Shown: positions 20,237 through 29,527, counted from the first letter of the stretch. The stretch: DNA of 64,000 nucleotides from an uncultured archaeon (GCA_964549685.1 CAZJVE010000002.1:79520-143519), one strand, 5' to 3'. Program-made: numbers and translations. Notes: generated by a model from the sequence alone, not told the origin.

Positions 20237-21451
20237 TCATTCAATAACGCTTTTCAAATCATCCAGTAGATTGTCTGCTTTTGCGTCGTATGTATCGACG
20301 TAGTATATCTTTTGGTCGTCGGCATATAATATTTCACGTAGAGATATGTGGAATCCTGCCTTTTCGTCGTTTAGTTTTAGTATGTGGTTGTTCCTTAACT
20401 CTATGTCCTCTAATTTATCCGACAGCATTACCCTGAGTGGTATTGAATGGCCTGTTTTTCTTAATAGAACCGAGGTAAGAATGCTTGGTATGAGCTTCCT
20501 TTTTATTTTATTTTTGTATTCAACGTCTGTAAGCTTTTTTGCATATTTTTTCCAATCTTTCAGCTTTATAGTAATTGTGAAAAAAGAACCAAATCTCTGC
20601 CTGGAAATTGAGCTGATGTCTTCCTTTTTTATTTCAATAGGGGGATAGTTTTTGGTTGGATATATAAGCTCAATCTTTTTCCCATACACTCTAACCATTG
20701 GCTGATACACGAGAAAGGTGAAGTAATCGACCAGGGTAAGTAGAAAACCTATGAAAAAGAAAAAACCCCCAATTCTTCGAAACCAGAGCATAATGTCATC
20801 GGTTGCAGGCAGGAAATTAAAAAAGATAATACCGACAACCAGAAGCAATACACTGTTTAGTATTATATGGGATTTGTTAGGTTTATAGTCTCTAAAAGCA
20901 TCACCTCTAATCTTTTCTCTAATCTCCTTTTCCTTATATTTCCCTAGTTTCGTAGACCATTCTACCTCCCTTCTTAGTCGGGTTATGCCCAATACTATAA
21001 GCAAAAATGCGTAAGACGTTAGGATTAGTAGCAGGATTATAGTGTTTAAGCCATGTTCCCATGTCCACCAAAAATACAGGAGTGGAAGAAAAATCCAAAA
21101 ACCAAAGAATATCATCAGGTAGGGGTACCAGCGTTTCTTTGTAGTGAGATATATTGCTGCTGTTAGCGGTATTAAAGTCACAAGTATGCCAGGAATTCTA
21201 GGAGACAATAGCAATGCTATCAAACCAAGCACGATAGATATCACAAACAAGCAGTTACGCATTATGTTATAATACGTCTTGTATCTCAGTTTCCAGATAA
21301 AGATCAAAAAGAGAGAGATAGGAAATGCATCAAGAAGACTAAATAAGATGGGGAATACCTTATCCTCTGAAAGCAAAAAATGATTAACACCTACAACCAA
21401 CACAATGGCAAATACCAAGAACCAACCGAACCCCCCAGCGATATTTCTCAT
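20237..21451 (-). CDS. polytopic membrane protein with soluble C-terminal domain, unknown function (low-GC island)
   Basis: 404 aa with about 8 hydrophobic segments, then a ~150-aa charged domain. Local GC is visibly lower (~32-35%) than the flanks. Confidence 0.6.
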   Translation of the reverse strand: MRNIAGGFGWFLVFAIVLVVGVNHFLLSEDKVFPILFSLLDAFPISLFLIFIWKLRYKTYYNIMRNCLFVISIVLGLIALLLSPRIPGILVTLIPLTAAIYLTTKKRWYPYLMIFFGFWIFLPLLYFWWTWEHGLNTIILLLILTSYAFLLIVLGITRLRREVEWSTKLGKYKEKEIREKIRGDAFRDYKPNKSHIILNSVLLLVVGIIFFNFLPATDDIMLWFRRIGGFFFFIGFLLTLVDYFTFLVYQPMVRVYGKKIELIYPTKNYPPIEIKKEDISSISRQRFGSFFTITIKLKDWKKYAKKLTDVEYKNKIKRKLIPSILTSVLLRKTGHSIPLRVMLSDKLEDIELRNNHILKLNDEKAGFHISLREILYADDQKIYYVDTYDAKADNLLDDLKSVIE

Positions 21452-21517
21452 CTCATTAATCTATAGCCCCCCATACCTTTTATCCTGTGTAGATTAATCA
21501 TTACGTAGAGAGATGAG

Positions 21518-21994
21518 ATGAAAAAGAAACCAAAGGTATGGGCTAAGAAGATAAGATGGAATGGTATCGCAGTGAGTAAGAAAAGATTGGAGACAAAGGA
21601 TAAACTCTTATTCTTCCTTCCCCTCTTGTTTGTGCTCATAATTCTCATAATCTGCACCATATTTCTGATTACGAGGGCTTTTTGGTGGGGGGTGATGATA
21701 GGCCTTATTATTGCTCTCATGTCCTTCACTTTCATAACTATCATAAAGCTACATTCTTATCGGCCCCCAAAAGGTTACGACTACTACGTTTTATATGATT
21801 CCGAAGACACCTTAGACCATGAATTGGGGCATATAATCGGGGAGCATTGTGATAAATTAACCAACCTTCCCTCCCTGATTGACAGACTTATCTATGAATT
21901 GTCAGATGACCCGTGGATCACGAAATTGCTAAAGAGACCGAGATGGAAGAGGAGGGCCGATAGGTCGCAGTTTGAAATCACTTATGCTGATTAA
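21518..21994 (+). CDS. small membrane protein with HExxH motif (putative Zn-metallopeptidase-like)
   Basis: Two TM segments followed by DHELGHIIGEH. Divergent from the 404-aa gene and shares its low GC. Confidence 0.45.
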   Translation: MKKKPKVWAKKIRWNGIAVSKKRLETKDKLLFFLPLLFVLIILIICTIFLITRAFWWGVMIGLIIALMSFTFITIIKLHSYRPPKGYDYYVLYDSEDTLDHELGHIIGEHCDKLTNLPSLIDRLIYELSDDPWITKLLKRPRWKRRADRSQFEITYAD

Positions 21995-22001
21995 TAACTT
22001 G

Positions 22002-22874
22002 CTACGCCATCTCTTCAGCAATAGCATAGACCTTCTCCAGGTCGAAGATTGTCTTGTTGTCCTCGAAGAGCTTTTCTACGAGCTTGTGATGCACCTTCAT
22101 CTTCAGCCCGCCGATTGCCAGCGCGCCGATTGCTGCCTTTCCTTCGAGGTCCTTGCAGTCGTCCTGAATGCCCACGCCCTCAATCCCTGCAGGGGGGACT
22201 GCATTCACGTCCGCAAGGACCTTCAGCTCGGGAAATTTCGACCATATTGATTTAGAAAGGACTAGAATCCCCTCGGGGCCTGTGGAAATTACAATATCTT
22301 TATCAGAAACCGCCTTCTCGGTGGATTCGTCGTCGGCAACCTGCATCGGCTTTACATCCGCCCCGTACTTCTCCTTCATCAAGGCGCAGATTTGCGTGGC
22401 CCTCCCCTCCTTCCTGGATGTCAGCGTAACCTCGCAGCCCTCCTTTGTAAGGAGGACGGCCACCCTCTGTCCGACAGGGCCTGTTCCGGCGAGAATCACC
22501 GCCTTCTTTCCCTTCAAATTGCCGTCCATGGCGTGCTTGACCTTTACCGCGCAGCCGCATGCCGTGGTATATGCGCCGTCGGGGTCGACTGCAATGGAAA
22601 CTCTGAAGAAGTCGGGCAGCTCCTTGAATGCTTCCAGTGCCTTTTCGAGCATCTGCTCTCCGAGATTGACGTCATGGCCTCCAATGAACAGGGCGGTATT
22701 CTTCAGCTCGTCCGGGTGCCTGGTGAATACGCAGCTGTGCACCATGTCCCTTACATCGTCTGGGGCAATGTTGCAATAGGGGACGATGACGTCTGCTCCC
22801 GCATCATGGCCAACAATGAGGTCGAAGAGGCTGGCATACTTCTCCGGGCTCAGGTAGGCGAGAATCTTTTTCAT
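22002..22874 (-). CDS. mtdA: NAD(P)-dependent methylene-tetrahydromethanopterin/tetrahydrofolate dehydrogenase (MtdA/MtdB family)
   Basis: Start at MKKILAYL (ATG 22874). FDLIVGHDAGAD, AVILAGTGPVGQR, ALAIGGLKMKVHHKLVEKLFE and YAIAEEMA track my recollection of the Methylobacterium MtdA sequence end to end. Confidence 0.7.
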   Translation of the reverse strand: MKKILAYLSPEKYASLFDLIVGHDAGADVIVPYCNIAPDDVRDMVHSCVFTRHPDELKNTALFIGGHDVNLGEQMLEKALEAFKELPDFFRVSIAVDPDGAYTTACGCAVKVKHAMDGNLKGKKAVILAGTGPVGQRVAVLLTKEGCEVTLTSRKEGRATQICALMKEKYGADVKPMQVADDESTEKAVSDKDIVISTGPEGILVLSKSIWSKFPELKVLADVNAVPPAGIEGVGIQDDCKDLEGKAAIGALAIGGLKMKVHHKLVEKLFEDNKTIFDLEKVYAIAEEMA

Positions 22875-22954
22875 TGAATTAATACATGAGTTTGCAGGGT
22901 AAAAAATCATGCTGCAGGATTAGTTTTTAATCTGCTCTCCAATAGATTTATACC

Positions 22955-23476
22955 ATGGATTTGGGAATCATCTACAGCAACATGGACCTCGTGATGAAGA
23001 TAGTTTACAGCGTTCTGGTCCTCATAGGCGCGAAGTTTGTGATAATCCTGCTGAGGCCGACCATGAGGAAGCTTGACGGCCATATCGGCGAGGTCGACCT
23101 CACGGAGAGCACGCACAAGCTGATAGAGAACGTAATCCACTACGGCATATATATGGCTGCGGTGGTCGTAATCCTCTACATCTTCGGGCTTAAGGACGCC
23201 TTCTATGGGGTTCTTACCGGTGGAGCAGTATTCGGCTTCGCCATCGGCTACGCCGCCCAGGATATCGTCTCCAACATGCTCTCAGGGGTTATGATAGCCG
23301 TCGACAAGCCATTCAAGATAGGGGACAGGATAATGGCTGCCGGCATAACCGGAGTTGTGAAAGACATAACCCTCAGAACGACCGAGATGAAGACCGATGA
23401 CGGCGTTAAGGTCGTGGTCCCGAACTCTAACCTGCTAAAGAGTCCCATACACAACTACGGCAGGAAGAAGAAGTAA
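22955..23476 (+). CDS. small-conductance mechanosensitive channel (short MscS family)
   Basis: Three TM helices, then AAQDIVSNMLSGVMIAVDKPFKIGDRI...GVVKDITLRTTEMKTDDGVKVVVPNS. Confidence 0.75.
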   Translation: MDLGIIYSNMDLVMKIVYSVLVLIGAKFVIILLRPTMRKLDGHIGEVDLTESTHKLIENVIHYGIYMAAVVVILYIFGLKDAFYGVLTGGAVFGFAIGYAAQDIVSNMLSGVMIAVDKPFKIGDRIMAAGITGVVKDITLRTTEMKTDDGVKVVVPNSNLLKSPIHNYGRKKK

Positions 23477-23477
23477 A

Positions 23478-24914
23478 ATGCAGGACAAGATATTGGACAT
23501 CTCGAGGAGGAGGGGGATAATCTATCCCTCCTTTGAAATCTACGGCGGGCTTGCGGGATTCTACGACTATGGTCCTGTCGGAAAGAGAATAAAGGAGAAC
23601 GTCGAGAACCTGATAAGAGAATTCTATGTCATTGACGAGGGCTTCATGGAGGTCGAGTGCCCTACTCTCTCGCCCGAAGAGGTGTGGGTTGCCTCCGGGC
23701 ACGTGGAGAACTTCGCAGACCTGATGACGGAGTGCAAGAAGTGCGGCGCACCATACAGGGCGGACCACCTCGTGGAGGCGCACCTCAAGAAGGCAGTCGA
23801 CGGCCTCGGCATCAAGGAGCTTGAGACCCTGATAGAAAAGGAGAAAATCAGCTGTCCCAAATGCAGGGGCGAGCTTGACAAAGTTTATAACTATAATCTG
23901 ATGTTCCAGACCTTCGTTGGCCCTGGCAAGGAGAAGAAGACCTCCTACCTCCGGCCTGAAACCGCGCAGACCACATACCTCGCCTTCAGGCGGCTCTGGG
24001 AAATCGGCAGGAAGAAGCTCCCCCTCGGAGTGCTGCAGATTGGCCGCTCGTTCAGGAACGAGATATCGCCGAGGCAGGGCGTTATAAGGTTGCGGGAGTT
24101 CAACCAGGCGGAGATTCAGATTTTCGTGGACCCCGATGAAAAGGACACCGAGGAATTCAAAAATGTTTCTAAGATAAAGGTTAGAATTCTCGACAAGAAT
24201 GATAAAGAGTCCGATATGACTCTTGGCGATGCCGTCAAGAAGAAGATAATAGAGTCAAGGCTCATTGCATATCACCTGGGCAGGGCGCTGCAGCTGTTCG
24301 AGGCCATGGGGATAGACGGCAAGAGGCTGAAGCTCAGGCAGCATAGAGATGAGGAAAGGGCATTCTATTCGACCGATACCTGGGACGTTGAGTTCCAGTC
24401 CGAGCAGTTCGGCCGGGTCGAGCTTGTTGGAATATCGGACAGGACAGACTATGATTTGAAGGCACATCAGGACCTCAGCGGCCAGAGCATGGAGGTCAAT
24501 CTGGAGGGCAAAAGATTCATACCCCACGTCATTGAGATAGCATACGGGGTCGACAGGCCGGTTTACTGCGCGGTTGAGTCATGCTATGCCGAGGATGACA
24601 GGGGCGCATACTTCAAATTCCCAAGGAGAACGGCACCCTACCAGGTGGCAGTCTTCCCTCTTGTTAACAAGGACAAAATTCCCGAGAAAGCAAGAGAAAT
24701 TTTCAATTCCCTGAAAAAGGCCAGGATATTCTCTCTTTACGATAGAGGGGGAAGCATAGGCCGAAGATACGCAAGAGCGGACGAGATAGGAATCCCTGCC
24801 TGCATAACGGTAGATTATGATACTCTGGAGGACGATACGGTGACCGTCAGGGAAAGGGATTCCAAGAAGCAGGAGAGAGTAAAGATAGAGGAACTCTCTA
24901 AGCACATTTTATGA
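23478..24914 (+). CDS. glyS: glycine--tRNA ligase (archaeal/eukaryotic alpha2 type)
   Basis: RRGIIYPSFEIYGGLAGFYDYGPVG, FRNEISPRQGVIRLREFNQAE, and a C-terminal anticodon-binding domain. Confidence 0.9.
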   Translation: MQDKILDISRRRGIIYPSFEIYGGLAGFYDYGPVGKRIKENVENLIREFYVIDEGFMEVECPTLSPEEVWVASGHVENFADLMTECKKCGAPYRADHLVEAHLKKAVDGLGIKELETLIEKEKISCPKCRGELDKVYNYNLMFQTFVGPGKEKKTSYLRPETAQTTYLAFRRLWEIGRKKLPLGVLQIGRSFRNEISPRQGVIRLREFNQAEIQIFVDPDEKDTEEFKNVSKIKVRILDKNDKESDMTLGDAVKKKIIESRLIAYHLGRALQLFEAMGIDGKRLKLRQHRDEERAFYSTDTWDVEFQSEQFGRVELVGISDRTDYDLKAHQDLSGQSMEVNLEGKRFIPHVIEIAYGVDRPVYCAVESCYAEDDRGAYFKFPRRTAPYQVAVFPLVNKDKIPEKAREIFNSLKKARIFSLYDRGGSIGRRYARADEIGIPACITVDYDTLEDDTVTVRERDSKKQERVKIEELSKHIL

Positions 24915-25668
24915 AGATTTCGTCGTACAGGCTTTCCTGCTCGAGCTTCACTCGCTGGTTGTTTGACAGGTACAGCAGCGAAAGGAACAGGGATATCTTT
25001 TCCTCGAGGTTGCCGGCCATCTCCGAGAAGAGGGCCACGTCCTTTGTAGACAGGATGTCCCTCACCCTCTGGTAGGTCTCCTCTATCAGCTCGGTTATGT
25101 TGGCGGTAAGCGCGATTTCGAGCTCCTTCTTCCCGTTGCCGTTTCCGTTGCCTTCCTTCTTCAGCTTCTGCTTGAGAGTCTTTTCCTCCAGGACCCCCTG
25201 GATTGCGTTAATCAGCTCGACTGCGGTTACCCTTCTTTTCACAATCCTCTTTGGCTTGACGTGTATTGGAAGGCCGTCGTCGCCCTCAATCTCCCTCTTG
25301 AGCTTGTCTCCTGCAGAGGAAAAGGCCGAGGGGTCTAATTCACCGAACAGGTCGAAGTCCCCCTCAAGGAACTCGGGCATGAACTCGTCCATGCTTATCG
25401 GAATGTTGCCGACTATGTCGGCCTTCATTCGCAGGAGAACGGCGGTGACAATGACTACGTTAGCGGGAATCGTGAAGTTCATGTCTTTCATCTGCTCGAC
25501 CTTGGAGGCGTATTCGGTAGCAAGCTCGGATATGTCGATGTCCCAGGGGTCCATCTGGCCAATCACTTCATAGAGGGTGTCCTTCCAGAACGAGCTTTCC
25601 ATCATTCCGTGCGGGAATGATGTTTTGTGAATCTCCTGATTTGCGATATTGGCGTCGGTCGCGACCAT
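24898..25668 (-). CDS. scpA: segregation and condensation protein A (kleisin ScpA)
   Basis: WDIDISELATEYASKVEQMKDMNFTIPANVVIVTAVLLRMKA plus a C-terminal winged-helix-like part. Confidence 0.8.
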   Translation of the reverse strand: MVATDANIANQEIHKTSFPHGMMESSFWKDTLYEVIGQMDPWDIDISELATEYASKVEQMKDMNFTIPANVVIVTAVLLRMKADIVGNIPISMDEFMPEFLEGDFDLFGELDPSAFSSAGDKLKREIEGDDGLPIHVKPKRIVKRRVTAVELINAIQGVLEEKTLKQKLKKEGNGNGNGKKELEIALTANITELIEETYQRVRDILSTKDVALFSEMAGNLEEKISLFLSLLYLSNNQRVKLEQESLYDEIFIKCA

Positions 25669-25710
25669 TTTGGTGGTATTAGTGATAAGGTCGATTCGGG
25701 TTTAAATACA

Positions 25711-25863
25711 TTACGGTTTTTCCTCGCTCAGGATAGCGATTACGTTCCTGCCCAGCCACTTCAGCGGGACGGTTATGTGTGCCCCGGTGCCGAACTCCTT
25801 GGCCTTCTTCTTGCGCACGTCGCTGATTCCTATGTCCACCCGGACGATATCACCCTTTCTCAT
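25711..25863 (-). CDS. small AbrB/SpoVT-like (DUF2080-like) protein, 50 aa
   Basis: ORF below the track cutoff: MRKGDIVRVDIGISDVRKKKAKEFGTGAHITVPLKWLGRNVIAILSEEKP. It shows a g.sg.v.vP..w.G..v pattern. Confidence 0.4.
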   Translation of the reverse strand: MRKGDIVRVDIGISDVRKKKAKEFGTGAHITVPLKWLGRNVIAILSEEKP

Positions 25864-25967
25864 TATATATATTTATATATATCTAAGTATAAAAAGGTTT
25901 TGGTTTTTGCGGATTTGTACAAGAAGTGAATCCGAAAGGGATTAATACCTATGAGGCAAATACTTTA

Positions 25968-28187
25968 ATGCTTAAAATGAAGTACGGGCTCTTGATACTG
26001 CTGGTGGTGTTATCACAGGTTGCGGTGGTAGACTCGAATGTTATAATCAATGAAGTGATGTACAATCCGAACCAGTGCACCGACTCGTATTGTGAATGGA
26101 TTGAGCTGTATAATCCCACCGCATCAGCCGTGGATGTGAGTGGATGGGGCCTGTCGGATGATACTGCGACTGACACATTAGAGGGAACCAACACAGTTAT
26201 TCCCGCCTATGGGTATGCAATAATAACGGATAAAACGACCTACGTCTACAGCTACTTTAACGTTAATGCATCGGCTATCAGACTCACCGTTGATGACGAG
26301 AGCATCGGCAACGGACTTGGTAACAGTGGCGAGAGCATAGGGATATCGTCAGGCAACTACTCCGATTCAATGACATATTACGGTAATGAACTGGCAGGAT
26401 ATTCAACCGAAAAAATAGGGTCCAGCTGGACGGAGAGCGTCGCACTGGGCGGAACTCCAGGTTCGGCCAATGGGGCCGCAGCGACAACCACCTCCACGAC
26501 AACAACCACAACGACATCGTCCACGACAACAACCAGCGTCCCAATCGCAGCCGTAATAATCAACGAAATAATGTATGACCCAAACCAGTGCAGCGATACA
26601 TACTGTGAGTGGATAGAGCTCTACAACCCCACAGGCTCGTCGGTTAATATTTCCAACTGGACTATCTCAGATGACAGTGCAACCGATACCCTGATGGGGA
26701 CCACCATGGTCATCCCGGCCTATGGTTATGCCATAATCACGGACGTCACCAACAATGTCTACAGCAGCTTCAACGTTAGTGCATCCGCTATCCGGCTTAC
26801 GGTGGATGATGAGAGCATCGGCAACGGATTAGGTAACACAATCGGAGAAACCATAACTCTGTCCTATAGTACGTATTCTGACTCGGTAAGTTATTCCATA
26901 GGGGGTACACCGGGATATTCTGTCGAGAAAACAGGCTCTGGCTGGGCTCAGAGTGCCGTAGATGGCGGCACGCCGGGCAGCGCAAACAGCGGAACGACTA
27001 CGACGACCACTACCACAACAACGACCGCTGCAAGCACGTCTACGACAACAGCCCCTGCTACGACGTCCACTACAACAAGCACGTCTACGACGGTGACTGG
27101 TACGACCACCACGAGCACATCCACGACCGTAACCAGTACGACATCTACCACGAGCACGTCTACGACTGTGACTAGCACGACATCCACTACGAGCACATCC
27201 ACGACAGTGACTGGTACAACAACCACGTCCACTACAAGCACGTCCACGACAGTAACTGGCACAACAACCACGTCCACTACGACCACCACAACGACCAGCA
27301 CGACCACAACGATATCCGGAGAGCTGGAGGTAACATCGGCACAGGCCTCCCTGGGCGAAACGGTTACAGTCGATATAAGGGTTAACAGCGCCCCCAATGA
27401 AGTTAGTGCATTTGGATTCGACTTAACATATGATGGAGACGTCCTCCTGTATCAGGCTTATTGGAACGGGAGCATTATCGAGGGCTATGATTACCTTGGC
27501 GTGAATGACATCTCACTAGATACGGTCAGGGTCGGCGCATTTACGACCCAGAACGCAATACAGGCCGGAGAATCCGGAAGCATTTTGGAAGTGGACTTCA
27601 CAGTCGTAGGCTGCTATAATATCTCACTTGGGCTGACAAACCTTGTGGATGATGTTTCCTCCTGGGAAGTAAGCAATGGGACCTTTACCTGTACGGGGGC
27701 CGCTACAACGACTACCTCCACCACCACAACATCCTCAACAACCACGACACTGGATGGCGTGGTTGAATACATAGATATAGGGGACTCTGAATTCTTCCCC
27801 AATCCCATGCCCATAGTGTTGGGAAGGTATGTAAGATGGATCAACTTTGATGCAATCCCGCACCAGGTAATGATGGATTCGGGTCAGGGCATAGACTATA
27901 CGAGTGCGGTATTATCCCAGTATCAGGAATCAACAGTCCTGCTGATAAATGATACAGGCACCTACACCTATCACTGTCACCTGCATCCTGAAATGACCGG
28001 CACAATCGAAGTCAACGCTGAAACCACGACCACCCTTGGAGAATGTCTTACCGGAGACCTCGACTGCGATGGAACAGTGGGTTTGGACGAGGTAGTGGAC
28101 GTGATTACCCTTTGGACGGAGGGCCAGGCCCTTCTCAGCGAGGTAGTAGAGGCCATAACCAACTGGGAGGCGCAGGCGGGGGGCTAG
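25968..28187 (+). CDS. secreted LTD-LTD-cohesin-cupredoxin protein with dockerin-like C-terminus
   Basis: Start at MLKMKYGLLILLVVLSQVAVV (signal peptide). Domain order is listed in the following rows. Confidence 0.8.
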   Translation: MLKMKYGLLILLVVLSQVAVVDSNVIINEVMYNPNQCTDSYCEWIELYNPTASAVDVSGWGLSDDTATDTLEGTNTVIPAYGYAIITDKTTYVYSYFNVNASAIRLTVDDESIGNGLGNSGESIGISSGNYSDSMTYYGNELAGYSTEKIGSSWTESVALGGTPGSANGAAATTTSTTTTTTTSSTTTTSVPIAAVIINEIMYDPNQCSDTYCEWIELYNPTGSSVNISNWTISDDSATDTLMGTTMVIPAYGYAIITDVTNNVYSSFNVSASAIRLTVDDESIGNGLGNTIGETITLSYSTYSDSVSYSIGGTPGYSVEKTGSGWAQSAVDGGTPGSANSGTTTTTTTTTTTAASTSTTTAPATTSTTTSTSTTVTGTTTTSTSTTVTSTTSTTSTSTTVTSTTSTTSTSTTVTGTTTTSTTSTSTTVTGTTTTSTTTTTTTSTTTTISGELEVTSAQASLGETVTVDIRVNSAPNEVSAFGFDLTYDGDVLLYQAYWNGSIIEGYDYLGVNDISLDTVRVGAFTTQNAIQAGESGSILEVDFTVVGCYNISLGLTNLVDDVSSWEVSNGTFTCTGAATTTTSTTTTSSTTTTLDGVVEYIDIGDSEFFPNPMPIVLGRYVRWINFDAIPHQVMMDSGQGIDYTSAVLSQYQESTVLLINDTGTYTYHCHLHPEMTGTIEVNAETTTTLGECLTGDLDCDGTVGLDEVVDVITLWTEGQALLSEVVEAITNWEAQAGG
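26034..26465 (+). other. lamin-tail domain (LTD) 1
   Basis: VIINEVMYNPNQ...CEWIELYNPTASAVDVSGWGLSDD... Confidence 0.65.
26544..26981 (+). other. lamin-tail domain (LTD) 2
   Basis: VIINEIMYDPNQ...CEWIELYNPTGSSVNISNWTISDD... It is a close internal duplicate of LTD1. Confidence 0.65.
26991..27317 (+). repeat. Thr/Ser-rich linker encoded by imperfect tandem repeats
   Basis: Repeating TSTSTTVT(G/S)TT(T)TS units encoded by ACN/AGC-rich ~40-nt repeats. Confidence 0.8.
27318..27698 (+). other. cohesin-like domain
   Basis: ELEVTSAQASLGETVTVDIRVNSAPNEVSAFGFDLTYDGDVLLYQ...GSILEVDFTVVG. Confidence 0.55.
27750..28016 (+). other. cupredoxin (amicyanin/plastocyanin-like type-1 Cu) domain
   Basis: INFDAIPHQV supplies the N-terminal His ligand. 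YTYHCHLHPEMTG has C-x2-H-x2-M spacing like amicyanin YHCTPHPFM. Confidence 0.65.
28041..28175 (+). other. dockerin-like module, copy 5 of 6
   Basis: ECLTGDLDCDGTVGLDEVVDVITLWTEGQALLSEVVEAITNWEAQ. Confidence 0.6.
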
Positions 28188-28206
28188 TTCTTGCGGGACG
28201 AAAACC

Positions 28207-29526
28207 CTATATGACCTTGTCTTCTCTCAGCACCGACAGCAGATTCAGCACCGAATAGGATGCCCGGGTTATGCCCATGCTCCTCTTCTCGGTGTCGGTG
28301 CCGACGAGATAGATGCCGTCAACCGGGGTTTTGATTCCCGTGAATTTTGTGTTGATTGTCCATGCTGCCTTCTCGGGCACAAGGATTTGGTAGTGTGTCA
28401 TGTCCTCGCTCTTTTCAAGCCCCGGCTTTACGTCAAATATTGCAGCCAGCGCCCTTTTTTTCTCCTTCTCCGGCTTGTAGTTTTCGGGCAGCCTGAACGC
28501 GAAGCCGACGAGCTGCTTTCCTTTTGGAGCGAGAGAGGAGTCATAGTTTGATACGGGCACGGCCCAGGTGTAGGGATTGGAATCCACCCATATCTCGGAA
28601 CCGTCCCTCTTGAATGCCTGCTCGTTCAGGCCGAGCCATATTGTGAGGGCGTCCGCCCTGTGCGATTCCTTGAGGGAGCCCCCGTACTCTTTCGGAAGGT
28701 CTTTGATGATTCCCGGCAGCTCCGACGCAAACCCGGAGTAGATTACGGTCTCCGCGGAATACTCGGCCTTGTCGGTGAGAATCTTCTTCTTCCCGCCTGA
28801 GCCCTCTATCTTCTTTACTTCCTCGTTAGTCTTAATCTCAACCTTCCCATCAGGCATCGACGACAGGACGGAATTCGTTATGGACTGTATTCCTCCCCTG
28901 GGGTAGAACTGGTCCGTTGCGCCCTCCTTCATAAGGACGTTGTAGAGCTTGTCAAGGATGTTCTTGGAGCGGCTCTTGTAGTGTTCTGCATCGAGGAACC
29001 TGGCAACCGGGGTCTCCTTCATCGACGTCCCGGTCATGAAGTAGGACAGGCAGTTAAGGAACCTCGTGGTGGATTCGCTGAGGTTGTTCCCGATGAGGTC
29101 CCCAACGGACTTTTTGGACAGATCCTCCCCCGACTTGAAGAGATATGATATCGAGAATAGAGCGGATACAAGATGCAGCCTGTCAACCGGAGGGATTAAA
29201 TCGAAGTTGAACCAGCCCTGCAGGTTCCAGGGGAATGGCTTTACTTTGTTGTTCAGCCTGACGTAATAGCGGCCGTGGGGAACAAAATTCGGGACGACAT
29301 CGAAATAGCTATCCATCAGCTCACGCAGCGGGCCGTTCTCAACCCTCGTTATTATGTGCGGCCCGGTATCCACTTGATAACCGTCGACGTCATAGGACCT
29401 GCATACTCCTCCGATGTCGGGGCTCTTCTCAAGGACCAATACATTCCTTCCCTCCTTTGCCAATGCAAGCGAGGTCAAAAGCCCGCTGATTCCAGCGCCC
29501 ACAACAACGATTCTGTCCTTATCCAT
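28207..29526 (-). CDS. FAD-dependent oxidoreductase (phytoene-desaturase/CrtI-like, COG1233)
   Basis: Start at MDKDRIVVVGAGISGL (ATG 29526), 1 nt after the upstream gene's stop. Dinucleotide fold VVVGAGISGLLTSLALAKEGRNVLVLEKSPDIGG. Confidence 0.8.
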   Translation of the reverse strand: MDKDRIVVVGAGISGLLTSLALAKEGRNVLVLEKSPDIGGVCRSYDVDGYQVDTGPHIITRVENGPLRELMDSYFDVVPNFVPHGRYYVRLNNKVKPFPWNLQGWFNFDLIPPVDRLHLVSALFSISYLFKSGEDLSKKSVGDLIGNNLSESTTRFLNCLSYFMTGTSMKETPVARFLDAEHYKSRSKNILDKLYNVLMKEGATDQFYPRGGIQSITNSVLSSMPDGKVEIKTNEEVKKIEGSGGKKKILTDKAEYSAETVIYSGFASELPGIIKDLPKEYGGSLKESHRADALTIWLGLNEQAFKRDGSEIWVDSNPYTWAVPVSNYDSSLAPKGKQLVGFAFRLPENYKPEKEKKRALAAIFDVKPGLEKSEDMTHYQILVPEKAAWTINTKFTGIKTPVDGIYLVGTDTEKRSMGITRASYSVLNLLSVLREDKVI

Positions 29527-29527
29527 C

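Noticed and set aside
21448-21744. 98-aa minus-strand ORF overlapping the HExxH gene
   Set aside because: The plus-strand alternative is longer, with clear TM segments and an HExxH motif. Only one of the two can reasonably be real, and both remain low confidence.
26991-27317. Possible CRISPR-like periodic repeats
   Set aside because: The periodicity is in-frame coding for Thr/Ser linker units, with no unique spacers and no cas genes. It is not a CRISPR array, and no CRISPR was seen anywhere in the window.
26948-27397. 149-aa minus-strand poly-Val ORF (similar ones occur at 5669..5917, 6248..6727, 7307..7600)
   Set aside because: It is the reverse complement of Thr/Ser linker repeats (ACN read backwards gives GTN, Val). 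It is an artefact of low-complexity coding sequence.
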